A program made the translations under genes and the position numbers. Under the pieces are notes generated by a model. The model made no database searches and was not told the DNA's origin. It worked only from the letters and a program-made list of their open reading frames with translations. Below are positions 1-13,452 of a DNA stretch of 64,000 bases, piece after piece. This stretch comes from Octopus bimaculoides. Its lineage: Eukaryota. Where the stretch lies: contig NC_068986.1 of NCBI RefSeq assembly GCF_001194135.2, positions 63,961,055 to 64,025,054 on the forward strand, read 5' to 3'. How positions within the stretch are numbered: position 1 is the first letter of the stretch; each line of letters begins with the position of its first letter.

Positions 1-1853
1 GCTATATTTCAACATTCTCAGTATGTTCATATAAGATTCTCTCTTTCTCATACATACACCTTGTGTATTTAATAATATGCTACTGACCATGGCAATAAGT
101 AAGAAAGAAAAAATGCATGAAGAAATTGACCCATTCTTCATTTTAATTAATTTAGAATTTCCAAATTAATGTAAGTGATACTTTTTTTTTTTTACAGTTG
201 AATGGCTTCTTTTTTTCTTTTTTCTTTTTTTTTCTTTTTTTTTTTTTGATAAACACTTAGATTCCCCCTCCCCTTGTTGAGTCTAAATCATACCATGGTC
301 AGCTTTGACTTTCATCCAACTTATGGTTCAATAAAATAAGTATCATCTGCAACCAGTTCCATTGATTAATTGCTTTCTCTTATAAACATTGCCCTAGTTT
401 ATGATGAAACAAGATAAAATGTTGTTTCATAAGAATGATCACTATTATTTCACGTCTTTTCCCAACAAAACATTTTCATTTGAATTAAAATTAAGTTTTA
501 ATTTTATTTTGATTCTAATTTAGGAAAAATAATATTAACAATAGTTTCCAAAGTAAAAAAATTGCATTTTAATATTAGTCTTTTTTTTTTTAGCTTGGCC
601 ATTAGATGGCATGCTTATTTTTTTCTGGTTACAGTCAGACAGTCAGTCTTTCTTCTCCCCCTGCCTAGTATTTATTGTTGAAGCAGATATCAAGCATTAT
701 CTCACATGCTATAATAGTATATCAATGTTACAAAATATCATTCCTGTGATTGAATTTAATCATTAGCATTTCTTAATGCTTTCTGTTTCAGCCATTTGCT
801 TTACAGTTAGCTACTGTGATATACTGCTGCAAATTGCATGTTTCTTTTTAATTTGTCATTTTTTTAATATATATTCTTTCATTGGGGGCTTCTTTTTACT
901 GTTGGGAAATATCTTTGTTTATTGTTTTTGCTTCTTGTTCATTTTGTTGCCAAGCTGAGCCTTTATACTACTTTTGTTCTGCTTTGTTAGACTTATGCAT
1001 TGTTTTTATGCAGGTTCCATTGTTTTGTTTTTACTTTTCTAAATTGTGTAATTTAATTCTTGTTTCTTAAATAGTTAAGTTTGTAATTATATTCATAATA
1101 TATAGTACTAACAATATTAACACACATGTTTTATTGTCAATCTAATAAAGATACTCTTTACATTGCTCTAAAATAAACAACTCTAAAAATATATATCAAC
1201 TTATGAATTTTGTTTGTATGCCAGCAACACATAGCTAATGTATATTTTCAAATGTAATAACTGTGCAGTCAAGTGCTCTGTTCCCTACTCATAAATAAAG
1301 CACATAATTCTGATGATTCAGTTTGCCTGACAGCTTGGTTGAGTGGTTGGCAATAAGAAGGACATTCAGCTCTAAAAACAATTTACTCCCCTGAATGGAA
1401 AATATCCTACACATTGTAACAGTGAAAAATGGATTTAGAATTGCTAAACAGAAATCAGAAAACATTTGTTATTGCCAGTGACCTCTTCAATCTCAGTATG
1501 TCTAGCATATAATGATCTATTTTCACTTTTAAGATTCAGAACCAATTATCTGAAAGAACTATTTAGTTTAATAACATCAGCTGTTGTGGTTTATTTGTTC
1601 AATTAAATAGTTAATTATATCCATTTCTTTAAATTCTACTCCTCATAGCGTTTTAGAGATATCTAACATACTGTTTATGTATGCCTACCAATTTTAGAAG
1701 CTCTGGTAAAAGCAGTTGATTAGTTTATCTGTTATGAATATCGAAGAAATTTTCAGGAAAACAATTCACACTTAAATGACAGTTAAATTACTCTCTATTG
1801 TAATGAGTTTGTGCAGAACTTCTCGCTCACTCTCTCAACATTTTTGTTTTTAA

Positions 1854-2071
1854 CTTTTTAGCATTCAGATTACTATCAAATATAATGCTTATTTATTCAC
1901 ATTGTTTTGAATTAATCATGCATTATCTCATAGCTTCAAGATTTGAGTGATGTGTTTGTTTCTTTTTAGAATGACATTGTAGGGTAGGTGTGAAAGGCTG
2001 GATTAAACCAGTTTGGGCATAAAATGGGCAGAATGTTTTGGCCTGATATGGCCGCTGTAAATGGTAAAGGA
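1854..2071 (-). mobile_element. TTAA-flanked piggyBac-type MITE (same family as 8251-8470, opposite orientation)
   Basis: TTAA at 1850-1853 and 2072-2075. Ends cttttagca.../...tggtaaagga. The internal tttagaatgacattgtagggtaggtgtg is the near reverse complement of 8330-8360. Confidence 0.65.
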
Positions 2072-2450
2072 TTAAGTCAACATTGTTGGTGTTAAGGAAA
2101 ACAACCTATGACAACACTAGATACTTTATAGCATCTACTTCGCTACTTCATTTTACCTTAAGTTCACTTTACACTAATGTTGTATTTTAAAGTTATATAT
2201 AAGTATCAATTAGATCTTTGATTGACTTAATCCACAGTAGCCTATTCCTTTCAAAACGCAAGTTTATACATATGCTTTTAACAATAACTGTGTGATGATA
2301 CATAATTATGCACACTTGCATTTAAAGGTATATTTTCTCACATACACATACATAAATAGTATATTTTTTTTTTCATCTTAATATTGCTTATAAATTATAT
2401 AAATCTTGACCCTAATAATAAATTCTGTAATGGAATGTTACTTTTTACAG

Positions 2451-2521
2451 ATCGCTATGAAGAAAATTTATATGAAACAATTTGTCCCTTAGATGACTAC
2501 AATCAAGGTACACTTTCAAAG
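2451..2521 (+). CDS. ARHGAP35: p190 RhoGAP internal exon A, (D)RYEENLYETICPLDDYNQGTLSK
   Basis: Acceptor ctttttacag, donor AAG|GTAAAA, ends phase 0 matching exon B. EENLY resembles the EENIY (Y1105) motif of vertebrate p190A. Upstream exons lie outside the window. The symbol means the p190 family co-orthologue (ARHGAP35/ARHGAP5). Confidence 0.7.
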
Positions 2522-3562
2522 GTAAAAATTAACATTATTTCATAACTTAAACTAACAACTACTAACATGTGTATGTATACATGTGTGCATACATATGTTT
2601 TCCCTTAGAATATAAATATACCTGAAAAACTCACATGATATTACTGAGAATCCTCAGTATTTATGTCTAGGTGTCTTATTCATTTAGAATTGGTAAACTC
2701 CATAATCTTCTTCCTCTCTCTCTCTCTCTCTCTCTAATTAGGTTGTGCATTCAGGGATAAGCCAGTCATGCTACAGCTTGGAGCCTCACAATCTGCTGAG
2801 GACTCTTAATTAAAAAGCATATGTGTTTTTAATTTTTGAGAGTCCTTCTAGTATAATTTTATAGCAAAGACCCTCCAAACTTTGTATAGTCCAAACTTGA
2901 GATCTGACACTGAGTGTGTCAAAAAATTAACATCACTATTTTAAAAAATCAGTATCTCTATTACCACCACCACCACTACTGTTGTACAGTTTCCTCTGCT
3001 ATTCACGATATATGAAAGTGTTGAACATTAAGGGGTAATTCCTTTGTTGAAATGCTTTTCTGTGGATTCTGTTTTTTGTTTTCTCATTCATTCACCTATG
3101 TTAGCATCATTGTATATTTGTTCATGTAGAAAGGGAAAACTTGGTCTCAAATACACCATTGTATAGCCATTAGAATACATTTAACCCATTCAACTATGAA
3201 CCAAAGGAGTGGACTATGCAGTTACTCAGCCAGCTGGAAGTAGCAGCTAAATTATGCTCAAATCACACCTTACCATCTTAAAAGTAGAAATTAGATATGT
3301 ATCCTTAGTAATGTAGTTATGTATTCAATATAAAAACAGGATTACCATGACTTGAATGCCTTTCATCACAGGGCTGTTAAATCAACAACCACCTTGCAAC
3401 TATGGACAGAGGTGATTTTTTTAATTATAAAAAAAATTAAATTGTGATGATAAACCTTCCTGCTACCTGACAATATTTCTAATATAGACATGAATACCTT
3501 TGGAACACAACATTACAGATATTAAGTTTAGTATGGCATTTGTACAGGGACTTCACAGCAAC

Positions 3563-4800
3563 CAGAAGTTGTCTATTAATTCTAAATTCCCTTTTGTCAC
3601 CCTTTTTAAAAATTAGGATGTTCATGTTCTGGTAAATAGTGCTAGGTCAAAACCTTTCAATGCAGGTGCTAGATTTCAACAGGGGTACAAGTTGTCATGT
3701 CTCCTTTCCATAATTTTTATGAGCTGGATTGATGTGTGGCTGTTGTGAAAGTGCTTTCACACTTGGTGGGTGTAAGATCAGTCGGCTGCTATTTCCAGAC
3801 AACATTGGTGTTACTTGGATCATCAGAAGGTGGTCTCCAGCATGCATTGAATGGGTTTTCTGCCAAGTGCTGCAAGGCAGGAGTGAGAATTAGTGTTGCA
3901 AAGACTGTGGCAATGATCTGCTCAAGAAAGTCTTCCCAGTGCACTCTGCATGTGTGGGGAAATTTTTAAGTATCTCAGAGCCATATTCATGAATGATGAG
4001 AAGAAGAAGGCTGAATTAGCTGCTAAAATTACATGTGCTGGCACAGTAATGTGTCAGCTCTAGTATTCAATCCTCAGAAGAGGAGAGGCTGGCAGAAAGC
4101 TAAACTCACTCTCTTCAGTTTGGTTTTTATGCCTATACTCACCTATGGTCAAGAGTGTTAGGTAATGGCTGAAGAAGCATGATGGCGAATACATGCAGCT
4201 GAAATTGAATTCCTCTAGAGCAGTGTTTCCCAACCTTTTTTCCCGGCGCCCCACTTTTTCATAGCAAAAGTTTTTACGCCCCACCTATTCCCATGTCCAC
4301 TCACATTTACAAGTACATGTGGGCCTATTTACAATTGAAAAAAATCAAAATTTAAAAAATTGTATTCAAAATACAAAAAAATAGCTTGAGAATTGAAACA
4401 ACAGGCACTGAAAGTGCATAACACCCAATAAATCGATAAAATTATTACGACGTCTATGCCCTGCGCCCCACCTGAATTTTCTCAGGCCCCACCAGTGGGG
4501 CGTACGCCCCACCTTGGGAATCACTGCTCTAGAGGATCTCCAGAGTAACATTACTTAAAAGTGCATAGCTCAGAAATCAGAATGTTTCTCTAGGTCAAAC
4601 TGCTGCATCTCTGCATTGAGAGGTCACAGTCCTCATACTATGGACATGAGTTAGAATGTCACAGGAAAAAACTGCAAGACAGTAGCAGAAAAGAACTGCA
4701 AGCCAAGTAGCAGAAGACTTGGATATAGATCAAGAGTAAGATGGTTGGATAATATCCATAGTCTCAGTTAGTCATACTTGGGAAGCCAACTGGAATGTAT
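3563..4800 (+). mobile_element. Degenerate RTE-clade LINE, 3' part of RT
   Basis: Broken frames read QQGYKLSCLLSIIFMSWID, LQHALNGFSAKCCKAGVRISVAKT and FKYL. Many stops and frameshifts. Interrupted by a hAT MITE. Confidence 0.65.
4221..4526. mobile_element. hAT (Charlie/Buster-like) MITE with perfect 8-bp TSD CTCTAGAG
   Basis: Imperfect TIRs CAGTGTTTCCCAA / TTGGGAATCACTG. CTCTAGAG at 4213-4220 and 4527-4534. Removing the MITE rejoins the LINE. Confidence 0.9.
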
Positions 4801-5619
4801 AATGATGGCTGCTTCTGATAGGACTCTGTAGAGCAGGTGTCCAAGGACTCTTTTCCCCATGACCTTCCCTGGAATAAGTGGATGGTGAAGATGAATATAT
4901 GGAAGTTAAGTACGGTAACTGTAATATAAGTATCTTTGAACTGACTGAAAGTGGAAATGTATGAAAATTTGGGGAGGTGGATCATGGGAGGAACTCTGGA
5001 TCTTAGATGTTGAAAATATGAAAGAAATGATTGAATAAACTAGAATGTACCAACAAAAGCCAAGTAGATGCTTTAAATTGCTCAGAACTAGAGGTTAGTG
5101 GGTCTATATGCTTAACTCAAATAAATGAAAACAGAATCTGGTAGAGTATATATTACATCTATTTACTGTTTATTCCAATTTATTTATAATCCACACTATT
5201 ATTTTTAGGGAGAGTTTTGAAATATACAACTAAATACATTGTTCAGTTAAATTCCTATAATGAATATAATTTCTTAAATCTTTTCTCTAAGCATATTGTT
5301 CTTTATAGAAATGTCTTTTCAAAAATGGTTTTACTATTTCTTTTAATGACATTCTCAATTTTTGATACTCTTCATATGTCATCAGTTGGAAACAGCTTCT
5401 TCTTACAATAAATAATAGGTAGCTTATTATGTTCTCACTGTCTTACATACAGAAAGTTCTGCATATAACATATTACTATTGGAGAGACTATATGCATAGT
5501 TCATTGAGTAACTATGAAGGGTAGTGTGGTGGAATATGAGTGTTTGTGTGGTAAGTAGGTGCATGGTCAGTGTTTTAATTAAATTCACTCTTTACAAATG
5601 ATGAATTTCTTTTTCCTAG

Positions 5620-5757
5620 TATGACACCTTAGATGACTATGGAGATCTCACTGATGGTAGCAATTGGAAGGACAAGTTCCATGTGAAAATCCGCCACAAA
5701 GAAAGCACAACTGACAGAGCGAAGAAAAAAGAAGAGAAAAAGAGACAGAAAGAAGAG
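5620..5757 (+). CDS. ARHGAP35: p190 RhoGAP exon B, YDTLDDYGDLTDGSNWKDKFHVKIRHKESTTDRAKKKEEKKRQKEE
   Basis: Acceptor ttcttttcctag-type tract, donor GAG|GTTTGT, phase 0-0 and open. It begins the basic/charged region that continues into exon C. Confidence 0.8.
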
Positions 5758-7475
5758 GTTTGTGTTTTAATCATTTTCAAATTCATGACTGTGTGTGAAT
5801 TTTCTGTAATTATTGTAAAAGAAAGTCAATAACTAGAGAAGTACTTTTTTTATGCAAGTTAATTACTTGTAATAATTTCCCACTTTCTATAATATGAATA
5901 TACTAGGCATCATTTCTTATGCAAGGTGTGTTTCATGTCATTGAACAAAGTCTTCAAAGACAGTCTCCATTAGGAACATGACAACTTAGTCTGATTCAAC
6001 AGCACCAAAACAGTCACTATACTTAAGAAGTAAATTGCCTATATTCTCTATGCTTATAAGGGAGTCTCAATAATAGCTTGCACAAACTTTACAAATTCTA
6101 AGGTTTGCAATCTTTAGTGATCTCTTTGGGAGACTACATTTGTTTTTGCATTAACTTCCCTTGCTTGTATAGGCTGGATAAAGACTTATTGAAATAGCAT
6201 TTATGGTTGGTTACCTTTTATGCTACCTGTTTTTCAAGTAAGGGATTTTTTTTTTTCATTCTATTGGGCATCACAGTTTGAAAGCACACTGCTACAGGAT
6301 GTATTGTTTACAAGGAATGTAAACATGACATCACTGTTTTACTCAAATGATGTAATACAAAAACATATAGAATGTAAACATTCGTGTGTGTGTGTGCGTG
6401 CACACACACACACATACATATGTCTATATGTATACAATGAGCTTCTGCACAGTTTCTACCTAGCAAATTTCACTCACAAGGTAATGGTCAATCTGGGGCT
6501 ATAGTAGAAGACATTTGCCCAAGGTGCCATGCAGTGAGACTGAACCAGAAATCATGTGGTTATTAAGTGATATCTATCAGGCCTTCATTTCAGGGATTGA
6601 AACTACTTCTACATATTATTTATTAGTTTAGTCGAGAAGATAGGGCTGTAATATATGGCCTTCATATGCATGCTGAGACAAATGAGATTTATATGCTTAA
6701 TGTTCCTCTTGAAAAGTTGGAAGTAAACAAGTAGAGGGAAGGAATTCCAGTGGGACTGGGATGCACCTTCTGAGAGGTAAGACTGGGAAGAGTGGTTGTT
6801 TAGGTTCTGGGGGTAACCAAGTGACAAAAGATGGCAAGATGAGTAAGATGTGAGTGCCTGAGTAGAGGTGGTTTGGGACCAGCCAATCCAAGGCCATTGT
6901 ACTGTTCATAAAAATAGTTTCCACCTATCAATTCTACTTTGTTCTTTCATATTATATCTCACTGCATGGCATCGTGGATAAGTGCCTTTGTCATTGGGAC
7001 TGTCATTCATATATATATATATATATATGGAGCAAAAACAGTGATGTTTGTTGACACTCCCTTCCCTGCCCATAAATCTTCTGCTGGCTCTGTCCTTCCA
7101 AAAAAAGTGGAATATAAAATCTTTTACTTGTTAAAATGATAAGGGTTAGTGATAGAGCACATCCAGTTGTAAAACAATGCTTCAATAATATGCATTCGTC
7201 CAACCCATGCTAGCATGGATAAATGGACATGAAAGAAGCAAATAGACTTTGTGTGTATAAAGATATATGGGTACAGGCATGACTGGGTAGTTAAGAAGTT
7301 CATTTTAAGTTCAGCCTCACTGCATGGTGTCGTGGGCATGTGTTGTCTATTATAGCCTCATGGTAGGTGGCCACAGCACCTGTGGTGGTGATGGTGTGCA
7401 TATTTGAATATAAAATAGCAGTAAATAGATTTGTTATTGGTTTGATGAAAAATATTTCAGTTGTTCACTCTCAAC

Positions 7476-7756
7476 CAGTGTTCCCCAACCTTTTTTCCCC
7501 CAGGTTCCACTATAACTTTCCAGAAAAATGTATGCCACACCAGTGGGTGGAAAAGATTTATTTTCAATATTCTATCACAATTATTTAATGTAAAAGAATC
7601 TACTGGTAACTCTTTTATTAAGTACTGAATACAAAAAAAATGTACATTATTGATAAAGAAACAAAAGTGAATCACTTTAACGAGAACGTTGTGCCTGGTG
7701 ACTATGGCCACCATATCCCACCACAATTTTCCCATCCTCCACTTTGGGAATCACTG
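7476..7756. mobile_element. Second, older hAT MITE with related TIRs
   Basis: CAGTGTTCCCCAA ... TTGGGAATCACTG. Degenerate TSD ctctcaac/ttctagac (5 of 8 match). Confidence 0.7.
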
Positions 7757-8250
7757 TTCTAGACATTCAAGGACAATGATACCATTTAATTCAGCAAAAT
7801 GAATCAGCACATTTAGATACATGGGGTAATAATATTCAATTTTCAGTGGAATATGATCAAACACAATTACGTTTTTCTGAATATTTTAGTTATTAGACAC
7901 ACCTACTTGAAACATAGTCTTAAAAGACTTCTGGCCATTCTAAATATGCAAGAACAAATATACTATTTAATTTGGCCAGAAGAACCTTTATATTATATCC
8001 ATTTTAGAAACTATGGATAAATGACACCAAAAATTAATAATAATGTTGATTGAAAGACAATACTCAGCAGCATTAATTTGTAATGGAATTGTGAAAGACT
8101 GAAGGCACATAAGTTACTTTCAATATTTTACCAGAATGTATTGACACTTAACCCAACAAATACAGAAGGTTTCATCAATCATCATTGTATACAATAAAAG
8201 AGTACTTGGAAACATTAAAAGAATGATTAAAATTCAGTCAAAATTATTAA

Positions 8251-8470
8251 CCTTTTAGCATTTAAACCAGTCATTTCTGGCTGAACTATTCTACCTGTTT
8301 TATATTCAAACTGGCCACATCTGGCTACTCACACCTACCCTCTAATGTCATTCTAAAAATAAACAATCACATCATTGAAATCTCAAAGCAGCAAGATAAT
8401 GCATAATTAATTCAAAATACTGTGAATAAATAAGCATTACATTTGACAGAATAATCTTGATGCTAAAGGG
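8251..8470 (+). mobile_element. TTAA-flanked piggyBac-type MITE (220 bp)
   Basis: TTAA at 8247-8250 and 8471-8474. TIRs CCTTTTAGCA / TGCTAAAGGG. Confidence 0.8.
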
Positions 8471-8844
8471 TTAACGAAATCTCTAACTAGTTTCTAAATT
8501 ACCCCATCTAATATAATAAATGCGAAAACTAATTTCTGTGTGTCACACTTTGACCCCCCTTTCTCACTATTCAATGACACTTATACTATTCCTCATGTTA
8601 GGTATAGAGACAGTGAGGGCAGTGGTGAAGACAGATAGAGAGAGACAAAGAAATTTAAAGAGAGTTGATGTTGTTTTCTTAAAAGTAGTAGTGTTGATGG
8701 TGGCAGTGAGAGTAACAATAAGAGAGAGAGCGAAAGAGGGAGATGATGTACAACTTTGTTTAACCATGTCTCTTTGACAGAAGTTCCTGTGGCCAGCATA
8801 CTGAACACCATTGTTTTTGTTTTATTTTTTGCTTTCTTTAATAC

Positions 8845-8877
<33 letters not shown>

Positions 8878-9530
8878 NNNNNNNNNNNNNNNNNNNNNNN
8901 NNNNNNNNNNNNNNNNNNNNNNNNNNNNNNNNNNNNNNNNNNNNNNNNNNNNNNNNNNNNNNNNNNNNNNNNNNNNNNNNNNNNNNNNNNNNNNNNNNNN
9001 NNNNNNNNNNNNNNNNNNNNNNNNNNNNNNNNNNNNNNNNNNNNNNNNNNNNNNNNNNNNNNNNNNNNNNNNNNNNNNNNNNNNNNNNNNNNNNNNNNNN
9101 NNNNNNNNNNNNNNNNNNNNNNNNNNNNNNNNNNNNNNNNNNNNNNNNNNNNNNNNNNNNNNNNNNNNNNNNNNNNNNNNNNNNNNNNNNNNNNNNNNNN
9201 NNNNNNNNNNNNNNNNNNNNNNNNNNNNNNNNNNNNNNNNNNNNNNNNNNNNNNNNNNNNNNNNNNNNNNNNNNNNNNNNNNNNNNNNNNNNNNNNNNNN
9301 NNNNNNNNNNNNNNNNNNNNNNNNNNNNNNNNNNNNNNNNNNNNNNNNNNNNNNNNNNNNNNNNNNNNNNNNNNNNNNNNNNNNNNNNNNNNNNNNNNNN
9401 NNNNNNNNNNNNNNNNNNNNNNNNNNNNNNNNNNNNNNNNNNNNNNNNNNNNNNNNNNNNNNNNNNNNNNNNNNNNNNNNNNNNNNNNNNNNNNNNNNNN
9501 NNNNNNNNNNNNTATATATATATATATATA

Positions 9531-9700
9531 TGGGGAGAATTCACAAAAAAAAAAACAAGACAAAGACAGGTGGTGTAGAAAACAAAGAGATGTATTAGTA
9601 TAATGCTCGGGAAGTAAAAAAGTCTTTAACATTTCGAACCTACGCTCTTCCACAGAAAGGAACACAGAAAGAAACAAGGAGAGAAAAAATGTGTATGTAT
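9531..9700 (-). mobile_element. Probable PLE pseudo-LTR fragment with a hammerhead-like motif, lying between (TA)n and (CA)n
   Basis: Minus strand cuuu-CUGUGGA-A-GAGC gtag GUUC-GAAA-UGUU-aaag at 9624-9659. Flanked by microsatellites next to an N gap. Confidence 0.4.
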
Positions 9701-9744
<44 letters not shown>

Positions 9745-10249
9745 GTAAAATACAAGTTACCCCACAATTAAGCATATCTAATATAATAAATGTGAATGTC
9801 AGTGTGCTACACTTTTTCAACTTGAATAAATCCTTTCTACTGGAAGCACAAGGCCCCAAATTTTAGGGGAAGGGATTAAGTTGATTACATGGACCCCAGT
9901 ACATAACTGGTACTAATTTTATCAACCCCGAAAGGATGAAAGGCAAAGTTATTACCAACCAAATTTGGACAAACAAATAAAGCTTGCTTATTAAGAAATG
10001 CATCTGAATAGAAGTTGCTGTACAATGTCTGTTGATACCAACATAACTACTTTTGGGGAAAGGACAAATGGAGATAGACATTTACTTTGCTGTACGCATA
10101 ATTCATAACAGCTAGGAAAAATGTAGAAAAAGTAAAGGATTTTAAGTGCATTTTCATTTTAATTTGTCTCTTATCTCTATTTGTGCAGAACAAATTTCTT
10201 TTATGTACAAGTACACACACATAAAAATTACTTTGTTTTTTTCAAACAG

Positions 10250-10421
10250 GAGAAAAAGCTTAAAGAGCAGCAAAAATTACAGAAGAAAATTAAAAAGAAA
10301 GATGGCAAAATAGCTGGTGCATCGCAAAGTGGTCTAGTATTAGAAGACTATCAAATGTCAACTAAGAACCATGGTGTACCTTTATTTGTAGAAAGATGTG
10401 TTGAATTCATTGATGAAGAAG
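10250..10421 (+). CDS. ARHGAP35: p190 RhoGAP exon C, polybasic region and start of RhoGAP domain (EKKLKEQQKLQKKIKKK...VPLFVERCVEFIDEE)
   Basis: Acceptor ttttttcaaacag, donor G|GTACCT, phase 0-1. VPLFVERCVEFI is the typical RhoGAP N-terminal helix. Confidence 0.93.
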
Positions 10422-13303
10422 GTACCTAATCTATCTGTTATTTCTCTTTCATATGTGTTAGTTTCATTAATAGAGCTATTAAGTACACAAGTATATTCCA
10501 TTGATTGTGCACTATAGAATGGATACTTGTTTGTTGTAGAATACAGCACTATATTTATAAAATATATATTGTTGAATATTCAACTATATTTGATTATATG
10601 CATAACTTTGTTGAACACGCAAATTTGTTTTGTATGTAGTATTGTACTTATGATGTACAGAGTTCAATATACTTTTGCTTACAATCTTCGATTTATGAAC
10701 ATATGACTACAGTATGCTAAGTACATGATTACACATTAAAAAGTACAATACTATATTGTTAAATACATGGTACATGTAAAAACTTTAACTGTATTATAAT
10801 ACAGTTAGGTTTTCAGCCAGTGTGTATTTTATAGAATACATGATTAGATTTCATTGAATACACAACAGTATGACTAAACTTTGAATGTTTCTTTCACTAA
10901 ATTTATTTCCAAGTTTGAAAGTAATTATGGCTAATTGTAAATCATCTCAGTACTTTTGGAAGAAAATCTATCTTGTTTCTTTGAGAAAATTGTTAAAGCA
11001 ATAAAACGATTCCAGGAAATAAATAAATAAGACAAGTACAAATTAGTAATATTATCTGTATGACATTACATGTTTTTAGTCTTTTTTCTTTTTCTTCCAT
11101 GGAATTCACTAAAAATCGGAGTTAGCTTGAAAGTGTTTCTATATTAGTTGGAGTCTGATGTAAGAGTTTTGAGAGACACTGTATTAATTTATCTTATAAG
11201 AATAACTCAGCAATTCACAGCTATATTTCTTTAGTTTTAGATCTAATTCTTGTTTTATCCCTAGAGAAAAAGAATTACAAATCAATTCTGGCAACTGATT
11301 AGTTTATAATTTTTTGTATCTCTGCTTACTATCTCTCATTAAGTAAGCCGTTTTCTCTTTTGTAAAACAAAGTTGATAGAATTTGTATACGTACAGAACT
11401 GCATAAAATAATCTGAAATACTGTTTTTACTTAAAGTTTGGTTTAAACTAGTTGTTGAGTGACTGCTAATATTTATCAATGTAGTTAAAAAAAACTTTTT
11501 TTTATATATATTAAAAATCTCTAAAATGCTGTGTTATCTGCAAAACTTCTTAAAATGAACTCTGAATAACTTAATATATTAGTATCAGATTTGATTGAGT
11601 GCTTGCTGAATCTTAGTTTGATGTGATAAAAAATTATCAAGTGGATAGAACATTGGTGTTGTGGTTCTGAAGTTAGTACCCCATACAAGAGAGATGTCTC
11701 CTAAGGAAAGAATATTTAACCCTTTCATTACTAGATTTCTAACTAAAATTCACCCCTGTTTGTTTCAATTAAATTCTAAAAATGATTGTGAATTTAGACT
11801 GGTTCTGCAACACAATTATAACTTTTATATTCATTAATATATTAAAATCATATTTTGAATGCAACAAAAGATTCTACTGTAAATCTGTTATGAAATTTGT
11901 CTCCAAACTCTGATTACAATAAAGTTGAGATTATCTGAAATATGTTATTTAAATTTTGTTTAAATATCATGAAAATGTGTGATTAGACAATATTAAATTA
12001 TGATGTATAGTTTCCTAACTGTTTATTATATTAATGGCAAAAATGCCCGAATTTGATCCAGTTCTTGTTTCCTTCCTTTATATTGTGTAGCAATTAATCT
12101 CTGCCGTTATTATGTACAAACACTAAGATGATGGTCTGATAGAATCATTTGCATGCTGGGCAAAATGCTTAGCAGCATTTCATCTGTCTTTATGTTCTGA
12201 GTTCAAATTCTGCTGAAGTCTACTTTGCCTTTTATCCCTTTGGAGTTGATGTAATCAATTAGCACCTTCCCTTGAAAATGCTGGCCTTGTGCCGTTTTGA
12301 AACCGTTAAGACATGGAATACTTGAATAAACAAAAGTAAAGAACCAATTGGTTTTAGGCCAAATAACTGATTGGGCCTGGTTTCTCCAGAAAATTTTGAG
12401 AAATATTTTAAGTTTCCACTATTCTCTCTTTTGGAAATTGATGCTTTCACTATCAGTGTCCAACATTGTTTGCTTGTTCTGGAAATTGAAACATCCTGTT
12501 CAGAGTCCACTAAGTGTTACATTTAATGCATTTTTTTTCTTTTAATTTGTTGTATACAAAAATGATTCTGAGTTGCTGTTACTAAATTTAAAGCTTACAT
12601 AATTCTTTGAAAGGACAAAATTTGGGAATAAATGGGAGGGGAATTTGAAAAAATATACAAAATATTTTGCAAACCCAAATTTCACACCTAAAAGTGCTAC
12701 AACAAATATTTATTTACTAAAAGCACATTATCGTTAATACACTAATGGCATTTACATGAATATTTTGATTTAAATACAAGTAAATGCAAGCTGCCCCAAA
12801 TGGTTTGGTATCCTGCAATAATGAGCAATTTCGAATGGGTTGGTAATAAAAATGTTAATTTTACTGTTAGAAAATCGATACTCGTTAAAAGGCAATTCTG
12901 AAACCTATTTTATTTAATAGGAGCATATCCCTTAAACATTATGAACTCTAGGTGTTCATGAAGAGATGAACAAGTTAATGCAGTTTCAAGTTACTTCAAC
13001 TAACTGCTGCAAGAAATAAAACAGAGTCTTGAAGTGATAGTTGTTTGTCCAAGTTCTTTAACATCATAAAGAGATTACCCAGCTAGATGAGTAGCCACTG
13101 AGAAAGCTTGTATGTGTTCACTTGACCTGCTAGAAATAGCAGTCAAACTTTTTTCAAATTACATAAACCATCTTGAAAATGGAGACATACTTTGGATAAT
13201 GTAATCCTAGAAGTTTGTCTTGAAAAATCCTAATATGAACTGTTTTCCATTTCACTTGACTAATTTATGAAAGTAACATACTTTTCTTTTTTTTAATTTC
13301 AAG

Positions 13304-13381
13304 GTATGACTGCCGAAGGTATTTACCGGGTTCCTGGAAATCGTGCCCAAGTAGAGCTACTACTAAATAAATTTCAAGAAG
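13304..13381 (+). CDS. ARHGAP35: p190 RhoGAP exon D with catalytic arginine finger (GMTAEGIYRVPGNRAQVELLLNKFQE)
   Basis: Acceptor tttaatttcaag, donor G|GTATGA, 78 nt, phase 1-1. EGIYR motif with the Arg codon at 13327-13329. Missed by the ORF track. Confidence 0.95.
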
Positions 13382-13410
13382 GTATGAGTTTATGTTTATG
13401 TATGTAACTA

Positions 13411-13448
<38 letters not shown>

Positions 13449-13452
<4 letters not shown>

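Noticed and set aside
2502-2513. Alternative donor AAG|GTACAC at 2507/2508 in exon A
   Set aside because: It would shift the frame relative to exon B; the 2521 donor fits the phase.
2742-2813. Acceptor after (CT)n giving VVHSG...LN* as an alternative last exon
   Set aside because: The pyrimidine tract is just a microsatellite, there is no canonical polyA signal, and there is no other support.
8756-9767. Long ORFs with poly-X here and at 35.9, 41.3, 42.6, 44.6, 52.9 and 55.2 kb
   Set aside because: They only span N gaps (8878-9512, 35980-36449, 41367-42150, 42737-43277, 44725-45098, 53094-53240, 55381-56259) and are not real reading frames.
10160-10210. Strong-looking acceptor 61 nt upstream of exon C
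   Set aside because: It is out of frame with exon B (stop at once in phase 0), and nearby donors give lengths that are not multiples of 3.
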